Positions 28,442-38,603 of a DNA stretch of 64,000 nt are shown here, one piece after another. The stretch's first letter is position 1. Every line of letters begins with the position of its first letter. The DNA is from a virus, in IMG/VR virus record IMGVR_UViG_3300042691_046823; one strand, given 5' to 3'. A program made the translations under genes and the position numbers. The notes under the pieces were generated by a model. That model did not search any database and was not told where the DNA came from. It saw nothing but the letters and a program-made list of their open reading frames with translations.

Positions 28442-31108
28442 TTGTCATATATTGACGCACTATTTGATCGTGATCACGATCGCATCCACATCGTAGGCCG
28501 CCGCGGCAGCGATCGATACTACGAAGAACATCCAGCCAATTATATCTTTTACTATGACGATCCTCGCGGCAAGTTTCGGTCGATCTATGGCACCCCAGTG
28601 GCCAGATTTTCAACTCGCAACAACAAAGAGTTCCGCAAAGAAATGGCCATACAAAAAGGCAAGAATTTGTATGAAGCCGACATCAATCCTATATTCCGTT
28701 GCCTGGAAGAAAACTACAAAAACGTAGATGCTCCACGGTTAAACACAGCATTTTTTGACATTGAAGTAGACTTCGATCCTGAGCGTGGATTTTCACGTCC
28801 AGAAGATCCATTCAATGCCATCACGGCCATTTCGGTGTATCTTGATTGGTTGGATCAGTTGGTCACTCTGGTAAGACCTCCCCGACACATGAGTCCGGAA
28901 ACTGCCAAGGAAATCGCCAGTGAGTTCCCTAACACATTTGTGATGTGGGAAGAAAGCGAACTCTTAGATACTTTCCTCAACATCATACAAGATGCTGATG
29001 TGCTGTCGGGCTGGAACTCCGAGGGCTATGACATACCTTACACTGTGATGCGCACCACCCGCGTGCTCAGCAAGGATGACACTCGCAGGTTCTGTCTCTG
29101 GGATCAACTGCCCAAGCAAAGGACCTTTGAGCGATTCGGCGCAGAAAATCTCACATTTGATCTCATAGGACGTGTGCATCTCGACTACATGCAACTGTAC
29201 AGAAAATACACCTATGAAGAGAGGCATAGTTACAGCCTGGATGCCATCCTGGAGTATGAAGGTCTGGAAGGCAAGACCAAGTTTGAAGGTACCTTGGATC
29301 AACTGTACAATCAGAACTGGAAGACCTTTATCGAGTACAACAGACAGGACGTCAATGGTCTGGCGCAGATCGACAAAAAACTGAGATTCCTGGATCTTGC
29401 CAACACCCTGGCCCATGAAAACACTGTGCTGTTGCCCACGACCATGGGCGCAGTGGCAGTGACTGAGCAGGCCATCATCAACGAAGCACACGAGCGTGGC
29501 ATGGTAGTGCCAGTGCGCAAAGAAAGGTTCACAGATGAAGACACACAAGCCGCAGGTGCCTATGTTGCTTATCCCAAGAAAGGCATGCACGACTGGGTGG
29601 GCAGTATCGACATCAACAGTTTATATCCCTCAGCCATCCGTGCTCTTAACATGGGCCCCGAGACCATTATCGGCCAACTCCGGCCAATAATGACCGATCA
29701 TTACATACGTGAAAAAACACAGAGCGGTGCCAGTTTTGCGGCAGCCTGGGAAGGCCTGTTTGGTACCCTGGAGTATACTGCTGTGATGGAACAACAGCGA
29801 GGCACAGAGATAACCATAGACTGGCAGGACGGCGATGAATCTGTGCATTCGGCTGCAGAGATCTGGAAGATGGTGTTTGATTCCAATCAAACTTGGATAT
29901 TAAGCGCCAACGGTACCATATTCACCTATGAGATTGAAGCAGTGATTCCGGGTCTGTTGAAACGCTGGTATGCCGAACGCAAAGACATGCAACGGCAGGC
30001 CAAAGAAGTCGAGGGCAAAGATGAAGAAAAATTTGAATACTGGGACAAGCGTCAGCTGGTCAAGAAGATTAATCTCAACAGTCTCTACGGTGCGATTCTT
30101 AATCCTGGTTGCAGGTTTTTCGATAAGCGCATCGGTCAGTCTACTACTCTTACTGGACGTGCGATTGCACGCCACATGGATGCCTATGTCAACGAATGTA
30201 TCACTGGCCAGTATGACCACGTGGGCGAAGCCATCATCTACGGCGACACAGACTCTTGCTACTTCACTGCTTGGCCTGCTGTGAAATCCGATGTTGATGA
30301 TGGTCGCATGGAGTGGTCCAAAGACACGGCCATACAACTTTACAATTCTATCGCAGATCAAGTGAATCAATCATTCCCGGGATTCATGGAGCAGGCTTTT
30401 CATTGTCCCAGAGAGATGGGATCAGTGATACGTGGCGGTAGAGAGATCGTGGCCAGCCGCGGTTTGTTCATCACCAAGAAACGCTATGCTGTGATGTACT
30501 ATGACAAAGAAGGCAAACGCTATGATGTCAATGGCAAGCCTGGCAAGGTCAAGGCCATGGGCTTAGATCTCAAAAGATCAGATACGCCCAAGATCATACA
30601 AGATTTCCTCAGCGAAATCCTGGATGACGTCCTGCAAGGTGCCGGACGCGATGACGTGGTAGAGAAGATCCGTGATTTCAAATATGCTTTTGCTGAACGT
30701 CCGGGCTGGGAAAAGGGTTCGCCCAAGCGTGTGAACAACCTTACCATGTATGCCAAGAAAGAAGAGCGAGAAGGCAAGGCCAACATGCCAGGACACGTCA
30801 GGGCTGGCATGAACTGGAACACCATGCGACGCATGAATAGCGATAATTACTCCATGCAAATCGTAGACGGCATGAAGGCCATAGTGTGTAAGCTCAAGAG
30901 CAATGCCCTGGGTTGGACCAGCATAGCATATCCCACTGATGAACTGCATTTGCCACAATGGTTCCGTGAATTGCCGTTTGACGATGCAGAAATGGAAGCC
31001 ACTGTGGTGGATCAAAAGATTGACAACCTGTTGGCAGTGCTGGACTGGGATCTGTCATCAGCCACCAACACAGAAAACACTTTCCAAACCTTGTTTGACT
31101 TCACATGA
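28442..31108 (+). CDS. Family B DNA polymerase (gp43-like) with 3'-5' exonuclease
   Basis: FFDIE, GWNSEGYD, YNRQDV; DINSLYPS, KINLNSLYG, YGDTDS, KKRY; TTG start with SD AGGAG. Confidence 0.97.
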   Translation: MSYIDALFDRDHDRIHIVGRRGSDRYYEEHPANYIFYYDDPRGKFRSIYGTPVARFSTRNNKEFRKEMAIQKGKNLYEADINPIFRCLEENYKNVDAPRLNTAFFDIEVDFDPERGFSRPEDPFNAITAISVYLDWLDQLVTLVRPPRHMSPETAKEIASEFPNTFVMWEESELLDTFLNIIQDADVLSGWNSEGYDIPYTVMRTTRVLSKDDTRRFCLWDQLPKQRTFERFGAENLTFDLIGRVHLDYMQLYRKYTYEERHSYSLDAILEYEGLEGKTKFEGTLDQLYNQNWKTFIEYNRQDVNGLAQIDKKLRFLDLANTLAHENTVLLPTTMGAVAVTEQAIINEAHERGMVVPVRKERFTDEDTQAAGAYVAYPKKGMHDWVGSIDINSLYPSAIRALNMGPETIIGQLRPIMTDHYIREKTQSGASFAAAWEGLFGTLEYTAVMEQQRGTEITIDWQDGDESVHSAAEIWKMVFDSNQTWILSANGTIFTYEIEAVIPGLLKRWYAERKDMQRQAKEVEGKDEEKFEYWDKRQLVKKINLNSLYGAILNPGCRFFDKRIGQSTTLTGRAIARHMDAYVNECITGQYDHVGEAIIYGDTDSCYFTAWPAVKSDVDDGRMEWSKDTAIQLYNSIADQVNQSFPGFMEQAFHCPREMGSVIRGGREIVASRGLFITKKRYAVMYYDKEGKRYDVNGKPGKVKAMGLDLKRSDTPKIIQDFLSEILDDVLQGAGRDDVVEKIRDFKYAFAERPGWEKGSPKRVNNLTMYAKKEEREGKANMPGHVRAGMNWNTMRRMNSDNYSMQIVDGMKAIVCKLKSNALGWTSIAYPTDELHLPQWFRELPFDDAEMEATVVDQKIDNLLAVLDWDLSSATNTENTFQTLFDFT

Positions 31109-32049
31109 AACTCAGCGAACTGGTACGATACAAAGAGCAACTGGAGGGCATCACTCCCAGAGAAGTCAGCCAATACTTTTCTCAAAACCATGGGCATGTG
31201 ATCCACACCGTGCAGGAACACCCATGGCGTGCTCCGGATCAGCAGTTCATCTTGGAAACGTCTTTGCAAGCAGTTTATGATTCCGTGGCCAACTTTGACC
31301 AACGGCTGTTAGAATTCAAACAACAGTTACAACTGGACATCGAACAACAAGAACGCGAATACTTCCGTGCCTCGTATGATCTCTATGAAAAAGAAATGGT
31401 TCATGACACTGCCGAGCATGTGCTTGGCCGCAGGTTCAATCTTTCTCCTGAGCAAGAAGAATTTCTTATCAGCAGAGCGCAATTTTTCAGCGACTTCCAC
31501 TATGCTGGCATGATCATCAGGCCTGGGCGAGAACAATGGATACATTACATGGTTGCCTGCGATCCACTGTATCTCGTGGATGAATCACATGATCTCTTGG
31601 CCCATATCAAAGACTATTTCAACCCTGTGTACAACAATCGCCTGCGTTGGACTACCTTGTGGGAACGCGGACCCGAGCCTTGGTTACAAGCTATCCCCGA
31701 CGGACAGATTGGATTCTGTTTGGCCTACAACTTTTTCCATTACAAACCGTGGGAAGTGATCAAGAGTTATCTGTCAGAGATCATGATCAAACTGCGACCT
31801 GGCGGTACTGTGGCATTCACCTTCAATGACTGTGACCGGTCCGGGGCCGTGGCCAATGCCGAACGACACTACATGACATACACACCAGGACGGTTGTTGC
31901 GCAGCCTATGCGAATCTCTGGGCTACGTGATCCGAGATTATCGCGTGCTCGATCGTGCATGTACCTGGGTAGAAGCTACCAAACCTGGGTCTGCGATCAG
32001 CCTCAAAGCCGGACAAACTTTGGCTAAACCCATTGACAAATCTAAATAA
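31105..32049 (+). CDS. Methyltransferase-fold protein
   Basis: C-terminal YNFFHY...LRPGGTVAFTF; motif I degenerate. Confidence 0.55.
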   Translation: MKLSELVRYKEQLEGITPREVSQYFSQNHGHVIHTVQEHPWRAPDQQFILETSLQAVYDSVANFDQRLLEFKQQLQLDIEQQEREYFRASYDLYEKEMVHDTAEHVLGRRFNLSPEQEEFLISRAQFFSDFHYAGMIIRPGREQWIHYMVACDPLYLVDESHDLLAHIKDYFNPVYNNRLRWTTLWERGPEPWLQAIPDGQIGFCLAYNFFHYKPWEVIKSYLSEIMIKLRPGGTVAFTFNDCDRSGAVANAERHYMTYTPGRLLRSLCESLGYVIRDYRVLDRACTWVEATKPGSAISLKAGQTLAKPIDKSK

Positions 32050-32061
32050 TGATAGTAAACT
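32033..32061 (+). promoter_or_regulatory. Nested sigma70-like and late promoter
   Basis: TTGACA-17-TAAACT with TAAATA 32043-48 inside the spacer. Confidence 0.6.
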
Positions 32062-32084
32062 TTTAAAATCACTGGAGAACTTAC

Positions 32085-32816
32085 ATGAGAGATTATCTTT
32101 TAGACTTAGTTGAACACACCTATGATCTTGGTTGCATAGACCTGATCAAAATCACTGGCACAGACAAAGAGACTGTGATCGATGGCCTGGCTGAAGATCG
32201 TTCGGTCGTGGTACAAGGCAAGTTTCTTAAACCTGTGCCTGAATTCATTGGCACATTTGGCATGCCAAATCTCAGCAAACTCAAGATCTTGCTAAACATC
32301 GCTGAGTATCGCGAAAACGCTGATATCTCTGTCACGAGACAAGAACGCAATGGAGAACAAGCACCAGTGGGTCTGCATTTCAAAAACACCGTGGGGGATT
32401 TCAAAAATGATTATAGATTCATGTCTTCTGAAATCGTCAGCGAGAAATTAAAGACAGCCAAATTCCGTGGCGCTACCTGGCACATCGAGTTTGAGCCCAC
32501 TGTGGCTGGCATCCAGCGATTGAAGATGCAAGCCCAGGCCAATGCCGAGGAAAACAATTTTCAGGCCAAGACTGATAAAGATACGCTGAAGTTTTTCTTT
32601 GGTGATCATTCTACCCATGCTGGAGAATTCGTGTTCCATACCGGTATCACTGGCGCATTGAAACGTGCCTGGTCCTGGCCAGTGAAACAAGTGATCTCTA
32701 TCTTGGATCTTACCGGAGACAAGATCGTGCGCATTTCAGATGATGGTGCCGCACAGATCACCGTGAACTCGGGCATCGCTGAATACAACTATATCTTGCC
32801 AGCACAAAGCAAGTGA
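32085..32816 (+). CDS. Probable DNA polymerase sliding clamp (gp45/PCNA-like)
   Basis: 243 aa alternating beta/alpha pattern, ends YNYILPA; close to the polymerase gene. Confidence 0.45.
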   Translation: MRDYLLDLVEHTYDLGCIDLIKITGTDKETVIDGLAEDRSVVVQGKFLKPVPEFIGTFGMPNLSKLKILLNIAEYRENADISVTRQERNGEQAPVGLHFKNTVGDFKNDYRFMSSEIVSEKLKTAKFRGATWHIEFEPTVAGIQRLKMQAQANAEENNFQAKTDKDTLKFFFGDHSTHAGEFVFHTGITGALKRAWSWPVKQVISILDLTGDKIVRISDDGAAQITVNSGIAEYNYILPAQSK

Positions 32817-34333
32817 TTGAACAAGACAACCTCACAGCCAAACAGCAGGACTATGCTATATTCCTGCCGGCTATATCCAGCTTCTATGCTTCATATGTGG
32901 GACGGCAAAGGACTACGCCATATGTAGAACAGAGCCGCATGCCTCCGGCCATGCCCGACATGGAATCAATGAACTGGTTGAATCCACAACAAGGCCTGTT
33001 TCCTTATCGCTGGAGTCTGTATTCAGCAGGGCATGCCAATCTCGATCTCAACAAACCCGATCCCAAAGAGGACATGGTTCGTAATAGAGATCCCAACACC
33101 ATTATGTTGGCTGACTCCGGCGGATTCCAGATCGCCAAGGGCGTGTGGCCGGGGCGTTGGGCCGATTTTACAGACAAGAAAGCCGAGGCCCAGAGGGAAA
33201 AGGTCCTCAAGTGGCAAATGGGCATAGCCACCTATGGAATGACCATGGACATACCTACATGGACCTTCCGAGATCCTGAAGCATCAAAACTCTGCGGTAT
33301 CTTCAGTTATGAAGACGCTGTCAACGCTACCCGGTACAACAACGAATACTGGATGGCCAATCGCTATGGCGAGACCAAGATCTTGAATGTGCTCCAGGGT
33401 GGTAACCATGCCGAGGCCGATCACTGGTATGATCTCATGAAAGATTATTGTGATCCAACCAAACACAAGAACCACTTCAATGGTTGGGGCATGGGCGGAC
33501 AGAACATGTGCGATGTGCATCTGGTACTTAAACGCTTGGTGCATCTCATACATGATGGATTGTTAGAAAAAGGCTGCCATGACTGGATGCACTTTCTTGG
33601 GACATCAAAACTGGAGTGGGCAGTGTTGCTCACCGACATACAGCGGGCTGTGCGCAAACATGCCAATCCTAACTTTACCATCAGTTTTGATTGCGCAAGC
33701 CCATTCTTAGCCACGGCCAATGGGCAATTGTATCACAGCATTTATACTGACAACAGAAGCAAATGGTCTTATCAGATGGCGCCCACAGCAGATGATAAAA
33801 AATATGCATTAGATAATCGTTCGTTCCGAGATGCAGTGTTAGCGGATGATATTCACAAATCCTTTGAAGATTCTCCAATTTCTCAAAGATTACGCATCAG
33901 AGATGTGTGCGTGTACAAACCAGGTGATGTAAACAAGATCGGCAAAGAAGGCCGCACGTCTTGGGATTCATTTTCTTATGCTTTGATGATGGGACACAAT
34001 GTGTGGATGCACATCGAAGCAGTGCAACGAGCCAATCGAATGTACGATCAAGGCATCTGTCCAGACATGATGGTACACCCAATCGATCCAGTTTATGATG
34101 CACGACGTGTGATCGATCGAGTTTTTGCCGCGCGAGATCGCTCAAAATCATTGGCCATAATCGATGAACATAGTAAAATATGGGAACGCATAGTTGGTAC
34201 TCGAGGATTTACTGGCAAAAGAGTTTGGAGCGCCACTCCTATGTTCAACTCTTTGTTTGATTTTGATCAACCCCAGATTGAAGAAGTAGATCTGGATCCT
34301 GCAAAACTTGAAGCGTTAGAGGACAGCGTGTGA
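32813..34333 (+). CDS. dpdA: TGT-fold 7-deazaguanine DNA transglycosylase (DpdA-like)
   Basis: DSGGFQ, MDIP, VLQG, HFLG, SFD motifs of the TGT/DpdA family; folE/queD/queE nearby. Confidence 0.75.
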   Translation: MIEQDNLTAKQQDYAIFLPAISSFYASYVGRQRTTPYVEQSRMPPAMPDMESMNWLNPQQGLFPYRWSLYSAGHANLDLNKPDPKEDMVRNRDPNTIMLADSGGFQIAKGVWPGRWADFTDKKAEAQREKVLKWQMGIATYGMTMDIPTWTFRDPEASKLCGIFSYEDAVNATRYNNEYWMANRYGETKILNVLQGGNHAEADHWYDLMKDYCDPTKHKNHFNGWGMGGQNMCDVHLVLKRLVHLIHDGLLEKGCHDWMHFLGTSKLEWAVLLTDIQRAVRKHANPNFTISFDCASPFLATANGQLYHSIYTDNRSKWSYQMAPTADDKKYALDNRSFRDAVLADDIHKSFEDSPISQRLRIRDVCVYKPGDVNKIGKEGRTSWDSFSYALMMGHNVWMHIEAVQRANRMYDQGICPDMMVHPIDPVYDARRVIDRVFAARDRSKSLAIIDEHSKIWERIVGTRGFTGKRVWSATPMFNSLFDFDQPQIEEVDLDPAKLEALEDSV

Positions 34334-34533
34334 TGTATGAAAATCGTATCACCCATTTAGAAAAGCAACACGAAGCACTGGACAAGCAGATCGATACCAT
34401 GGAACGTACCGGTCACTTTGGCGACATGGATCTGCAGTACCTCAAAAAGAAACGACTACAGATACGTGATGAACTGGCAGACCTGCGCCGCAGGCAACAT
34501 GAACATGATCAAGAAGTAGGTGATGATGAATAG
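34330..34533 (+). CDS. DUF465/YdcH-like small coiled-coil protein
   Basis: H..LDKQI...LKKKRLQIRDEL. Confidence 0.65.
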   Translation: MMYENRITHLEKQHEALDKQIDTMERTGHFGDMDLQYLKKKRLQIRDELADLRRRQHEHDQEVGDDE

Positions 34534-35035
34534 ATCCGGACACGAATCAGCAGAGTTTTTCTTTGGTAACGAAGTAGAACACACTCCTGCACATGGCATG
34601 CCTACACTGTTTGTCATAGGTTATCAACAGCAGGCAGACATAGAGCAAACATTGAATCGTTGCCTTGGTGTCAAACACATCTTTTTCGGTGCCAATGACA
34701 GCTATCAGCCACGTACTCCTGCCGAATACACTGCCTGGGAAAACGTGATCCTGACTTTTCTGGATCGTGGCTACTGGTGCAGCCTGGATATTCCGTTCCG
34801 GCATGTGGAGGAATTTCACGAAGGCGGACTGTGTGAACGTGATCGATTCATACCTATCATCAAGGTGCCTATCCCTTACATAAAACTATGGAATTACAAC
34901 ACCTGTGTGAAAATCGACGACAAAGATTTTGCTGCCACCAACCCCGGTGTATGGGTGCATGAATTGCGAGATCTACAATCACGCGATAGATTTACTGACT
35001 GGAGCCAATACGAAAAGGACGATGTGATACAATGA
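34520..35035 (+). CDS. Hypothetical protein in the dpdA operon
   Basis: FFFGNEVEHTP..G..TLFV, HIFFGAN; start could be 34523 or 34526. Confidence 0.6.
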   Translation: MMMNRSGHESAEFFFGNEVEHTPAHGMPTLFVIGYQQQADIEQTLNRCLGVKHIFFGANDSYQPRTPAEYTAWENVILTFLDRGYWCSLDIPFRHVEEFHEGGLCERDRFIPIIKVPIPYIKLWNYNTCVKIDDKDFAATNPGVWVHELRDLQSRDRFTDWSQYEKDDVIQ

Positions 35036-35562
35036 GCGAACAACGACAACAAGCACAAAAAGAAACAGCCCAGCGCATCATGTCCGAAGCGCAACGCCAG
35101 ATCTGGGTCACGTTCCAGATGGAAGGCATCCATAAATATCCCGCTGCCTTGACAGATCCTGCTCTGGCCACTGGAGATCACTATGATGTTTCGTTCCTTG
35201 GTTATCCTCATCGTCATATCTTCCATTTCCGGGTGTGGATCGATGTGTTCCATAATGACCGGGACATCGAGTTCATCCAGTTCAAGCGGTGGCTCTTGTC
35301 ACTGTACACGCCATCCGGATCCTTGGGTACCGGCTTGTCAGATCGGTCCGTTTCCCATAATCAAGATCGAACTGGATTGGCACCGACCCATAGACTCGAA
35401 CTCGACTACAAATCCTGCGAGATGATCGCAGACGAACTATATACCTGTATCGCAGAACGCTACCCTGAACGTAGCGTCTGGATTGAAGTGGCCGAAGATG
35501 GTGAGAACGGCTGCCTCATAAAGTATGAAACTCACCGTCCCTATAACTCAGTCACTATCTAA
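35032..35562 (+). CDS. QueD-paralog T-fold protein, DpdL-like (candidate CDG decarboxylase)
   Basis: LGYPHRHIF fits LxxxHRHxF (motif recalled for DpdL, unverified here); IEF, SCEM, EDGENG. Confidence 0.6.
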   Translation: MSEQRQQAQKETAQRIMSEAQRQIWVTFQMEGIHKYPAALTDPALATGDHYDVSFLGYPHRHIFHFRVWIDVFHNDRDIEFIQFKRWLLSLYTPSGSLGTGLSDRSVSHNQDRTGLAPTHRLELDYKSCEMIADELYTCIAERYPERSVWIEVAEDGENGCLIKYETHRPYNSVTI

Positions 35563-35572
35563 GAGAAGGAAC

Positions 35573-35788
35573 ATGGCCAAACCCACGTTCAAACCCAACC
35601 CTCGAGTGCGAGCCATCTTCGAAGACCTCGAGCAATTCCAGCTTTTTTGCCAAGATTTTGGTTATCGATACAATGAGGCTGACCTATATAACTGGAAAAG
35701 TTACGCTTACCAACAGTTCAACAAGCATGTGCAAGGCAAGTTCGCCAAGGATATGTGGATACAAGACTCCAATCGCAGGAGTCGATGA
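35573..35788 (+). CDS. Hypothetical protein
   Basis: Start at ATG 35573 after SD AAGGA. Confidence 0.6.
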   Translation: MAKPTFKPNPRVRAIFEDLEQFQLFCQDFGYRYNEADLYNWKSYAYQQFNKHVQGKFAKDMWIQDSNRRSR

Positions 35789-37005
35789 TGCGTAAGTTAT
35801 TTTATATGGGGTTAGAGTCTTACGAGGCTCGTTATACCCTACAACTCACAGAATGGAATCGGCGTGTGTTTGATCGTCGGGCCTTGGATGTGGTGTATGT
35901 GCCCGGATTAAATCTCGACAACAGCAAAAAGATCTCTGTGGGCCAGGTGTTGGATGCACACGGTCGCAGTTACTTTGCCATGAGCCAGATGATGAACTTG
36001 GTACGACTCATGCAACAAGGTGATGTCACAGCAGAAGATGTTGTGTACTTTGAAGACATGTTCCAGCCCGGTATCGAGAGCCTGCCATATATCCTGGATC
36101 AAGTGCCTGAAAATCTGCGCCCCCGGATATTCGTGCGCTGTTTAGCACAGGCCATCGATCCAGATGATTTCGTGCATGTATGGAACATGGCCGGCTGGAT
36201 GAGCACTTATGAGCGCATGGTCAACCAGATACCTAATGTGCATGTATTGGCCACCAATGAAGAAATGGTCGCCCACATGCGTGTCGCAGGCTGGACCGCG
36301 CCTATCTACAATATTTCAGGCCTGGCGTTTGGCAAATCAGAAGTGCTGGAACGAGTTGGCGGCAGTGAAAAGATCCAACCTTTTGATCAGCGTAAAATGC
36401 GTGTGGGCTTTGCCGCACGCTTTGATCAAGAGAAACAACCAGGCTTTTTCATGGACTTGATCGACATGTATCTCCGACAAGGCCGTCATCGCAACTACAT
36501 TGAGTTTGCTCTCTTCCAGGGAGGTCCTTTGAGGAGCAACAATCCCGAGTACGTGCGACGTGCCCGGGACATGTCCAATCAAGGACATCTCCATATCTAC
36601 GAGAACTTACAGAAAAATGACTACTACGCTCTTCTCAACGATACTCGTGTGCTTTTTAATTGTGCTCTACAAGACTGGGTATCTAACACAGTATCAGAAG
36701 CCGATACTCTTGGTTGTAATGTGTTATATCCTGCTTATCGCAGTTTCCCTGAAACCTTTGCCAACGATCCTGACCGACTCTATGTTCCTTGGTCGATAGA
36801 TGATGCCTTTGCCAAGTTAGAACAACTTCTGGACCGTCAACATCACAACATGGGCCTAATATCCGATTGGAACAACGGCACTGTAGATCGTGTGGTAGAC
36901 ATCATACAAGGTCAAGGTGAACAGTGGAACCGTTCGGGAAATCGTTACCGTGATCATGTACCCGGCAACAAATACCATGTGGTCAAACTTGGAGCACAAG
37001 CATGA
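35785..37005 (+). CDS. GT-B (GT4-like) glycosyltransferase
   Basis: FAARFDQEKQP, NTVSEADTLG..VLYP...SFPE; start at 35785 by ATGA overlap and SD AGGAG. Confidence 0.75.
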   Translation: MMRKLFYMGLESYEARYTLQLTEWNRRVFDRRALDVVYVPGLNLDNSKKISVGQVLDAHGRSYFAMSQMMNLVRLMQQGDVTAEDVVYFEDMFQPGIESLPYILDQVPENLRPRIFVRCLAQAIDPDDFVHVWNMAGWMSTYERMVNQIPNVHVLATNEEMVAHMRVAGWTAPIYNISGLAFGKSEVLERVGGSEKIQPFDQRKMRVGFAARFDQEKQPGFFMDLIDMYLRQGRHRNYIEFALFQGGPLRSNNPEYVRRARDMSNQGHLHIYENLQKNDYYALLNDTRVLFNCALQDWVSNTVSEADTLGCNVLYPAYRSFPETFANDPDRLYVPWSIDDAFAKLEQLLDRQHHNMGLISDWNNGTVDRVVDIIQGQGEQWNRSGNRYRDHVPGNKYHVVKLGAQA

Positions 37006-37955
37006 GAAAAACAGTGCTTGTCACTGGCGCCGGTGGATTCATTGGTGGAGAAACCATGTTGCGTCTCAAAGACCAAGGCCACACGGTCATTGGTGTAGAC
37101 ACTGTGGTCTGCCCAAAGAATCTTGGATCTGTGGCTGACAGATTCTATCAAGAAGATTTCAGCAACCCGTATGCCCTGGATCTCTTACACCAATTTACAC
37201 CAGAGGCCGTGGTACATTGTGCCGGTTCAAGTCTGGTTGGACCCAGTTTGGGACGACCAGCTGATTACTATAACAACAACTTCGTCAAAACAAAAAAATT
37301 ATTAGATTTCATAGTTGATAACAAAATCAACACTCGGGTGATATTCAGCAGTTCGGCAGCATGTTACGGCGAACCAGTGATCAATCCATGCAGTGAGGTG
37401 GATCCTTGTGAGCCAATCAGCCCCTATGGGCAAAGCAAACTTATGGTTGAATGGATGTTGCAAAGCTACAAGCACGCATACAACCTCGACTTTGTGGCCT
37501 TGAGATATTTCAATGCCTGCGGTGCTGACAGCCAAGCACGGCATGGTCAGAAATCTGGAGCCACTCACATCATCGCCAGGGTGTTAGAAGCCATACGTGA
37601 CAACAAAGAATTCATCCTCAACGGCGATGACTATGATACCCCAGATGGGACCTGCGTGAGAGATTATGTGCATGTGGAAGATATTGCTGATGCCCATGTA
37701 GCAGCCATGAACAAAGACATTCCAGCAGACACATATAATCTTGGTACCAAACAAGGTATAAGCAACCGAGAAGTCATAGCCATGGCACAGCAAGTGACCG
37801 GCAAAACAGTTACAGTATCAGTGGGCTCGCGTCGACTGGGAGATCCTGCCATGCTCACAGCATCATCTGATCGTTGGCAGACAGTATCTGGTACTCGACC
37901 GAGATTTACGCTCAATGACATGGTAGCACATGCATGGAATTGGTATAATCAATGA
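37002..37955 (+). CDS. galE: UDP-glucose 4-epimerase
   Basis: TGAGGFIG, FSSSAA.YG, YGQSK, LRYFNACGA, DGTCVRDYVHVED. Confidence 0.9.
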   Translation: MRKTVLVTGAGGFIGGETMLRLKDQGHTVIGVDTVVCPKNLGSVADRFYQEDFSNPYALDLLHQFTPEAVVHCAGSSLVGPSLGRPADYYNNNFVKTKKLLDFIVDNKINTRVIFSSSAACYGEPVINPCSEVDPCEPISPYGQSKLMVEWMLQSYKHAYNLDFVALRYFNACGADSQARHGQKSGATHIIARVLEAIRDNKEFILNGDDYDTPDGTCVRDYVHVEDIADAHVAAMNKDIPADTYNLGTKQGISNREVIAMAQQVTGKTVTVSVGSRRLGDPAMLTASSDRWQTVSGTRPRFTLNDMVAHAWNWYNQ

Positions 37956-38533
37956 GTTTTAGCAGTCTGTTTGATCTTGAAGACGAACTGGGTGCATACA
38001 CAGGTTCGCCCTATGTGGTATTGACAGATGGGTGTACTCATGCTATAGAGTTGGTCATGCGATGGTATCAGATTAAAAAAGTAGAATTTACGGCCTACAC
38101 TTATCTAAGCATTCCACAGACCATGCTCAACCTTGGTATTGACTACTCTCTTGTCGACGAAACATGGTCGGGAGAATATCAATTCCACGGCACCAACATC
38201 TGGGATTCAGCACGTAGGTTGGAACCCGGCATGTTCCGACCAGGACAGGTACAGTGCCTGAGTTTTGGTTATGAAAAACCTCTCAGCGTTGGCAAATGTG
38301 GTGCTATCTTGCTGGACGATCAAATCGCACATTATCATCTCAGTCGCATGCGATCTGATGGGAGAGATTTGGCAGTGAGTCCTTGGATCAATCAGGCTGT
38401 ATTCTCGCCTGGATGGCACTACTGCCCCACTCTGGAAACCGTGGCCCTGGCAAGACAACGCTTGGGCACAGTGATACCACAATGCCAAACTGTGACCTAT
38501 CCGGATTGTCGTCTAATTTCATTAAATGTTTGA
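37952..38533 (+). CDS. Shortened DegT/DnrJ-type PLP aminotransferase-like protein
   Basis: GCTHAIEL, WDSA, LSFGYEKPL..GKCGAIL; only 193 aa. Confidence 0.7.
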   Translation: MSFSSLFDLEDELGAYTGSPYVVLTDGCTHAIELVMRWYQIKKVEFTAYTYLSIPQTMLNLGIDYSLVDETWSGEYQFHGTNIWDSARRLEPGMFRPGQVQCLSFGYEKPLSVGKCGAILLDDQIAHYHLSRMRSDGRDLAVSPWINQAVFSPGWHYCPTLETVALARQRLGTVIPQCQTVTYPDCRLISLNV

Positions 38534-38558
38534 CAAGGTCTAAATAAGATCTTACAAT
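38530..38558 (+). promoter_or_regulatory. Nested sigma70-like and late promoter for folE
   Basis: TTGACA-17-TACAAT with TAAATA 38541-46 inside the spacer. Confidence 0.65.
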
Positions 38559-38603
38559 AGCAGTAAGACTGATCATCCTCGACCATAACTCGGAGAACAT
38601 AAA

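Noticed and set aside
28442-31108. Intein or intron in the DNA polymerase
   Set aside because: Continuous 888-aa ORF with normal motif spacing and no splice-junction or LAGLIDADG motifs.
32813-34333. Canonical tRNA-guanine transglycosylase (tgt)
   Set aside because: Lacks the CxCxxC...H zinc motif of bacterial Tgt, is longer, and sits beside replication genes, so a DNA-acting DpdA-like enzyme is preferred.
37952-38533. DegT-like gene as a pseudogene
   Set aside because: Short but intact, with coupled start, PLP-binding Asp/Lys region and no downstream remnant or frameshift visible.
38559-38603. Second riboswitch upstream of folE
   Set aside because: Shares only TCATCC with the queD leader and has 3-4 bp stems; too weak without homolog alignment.
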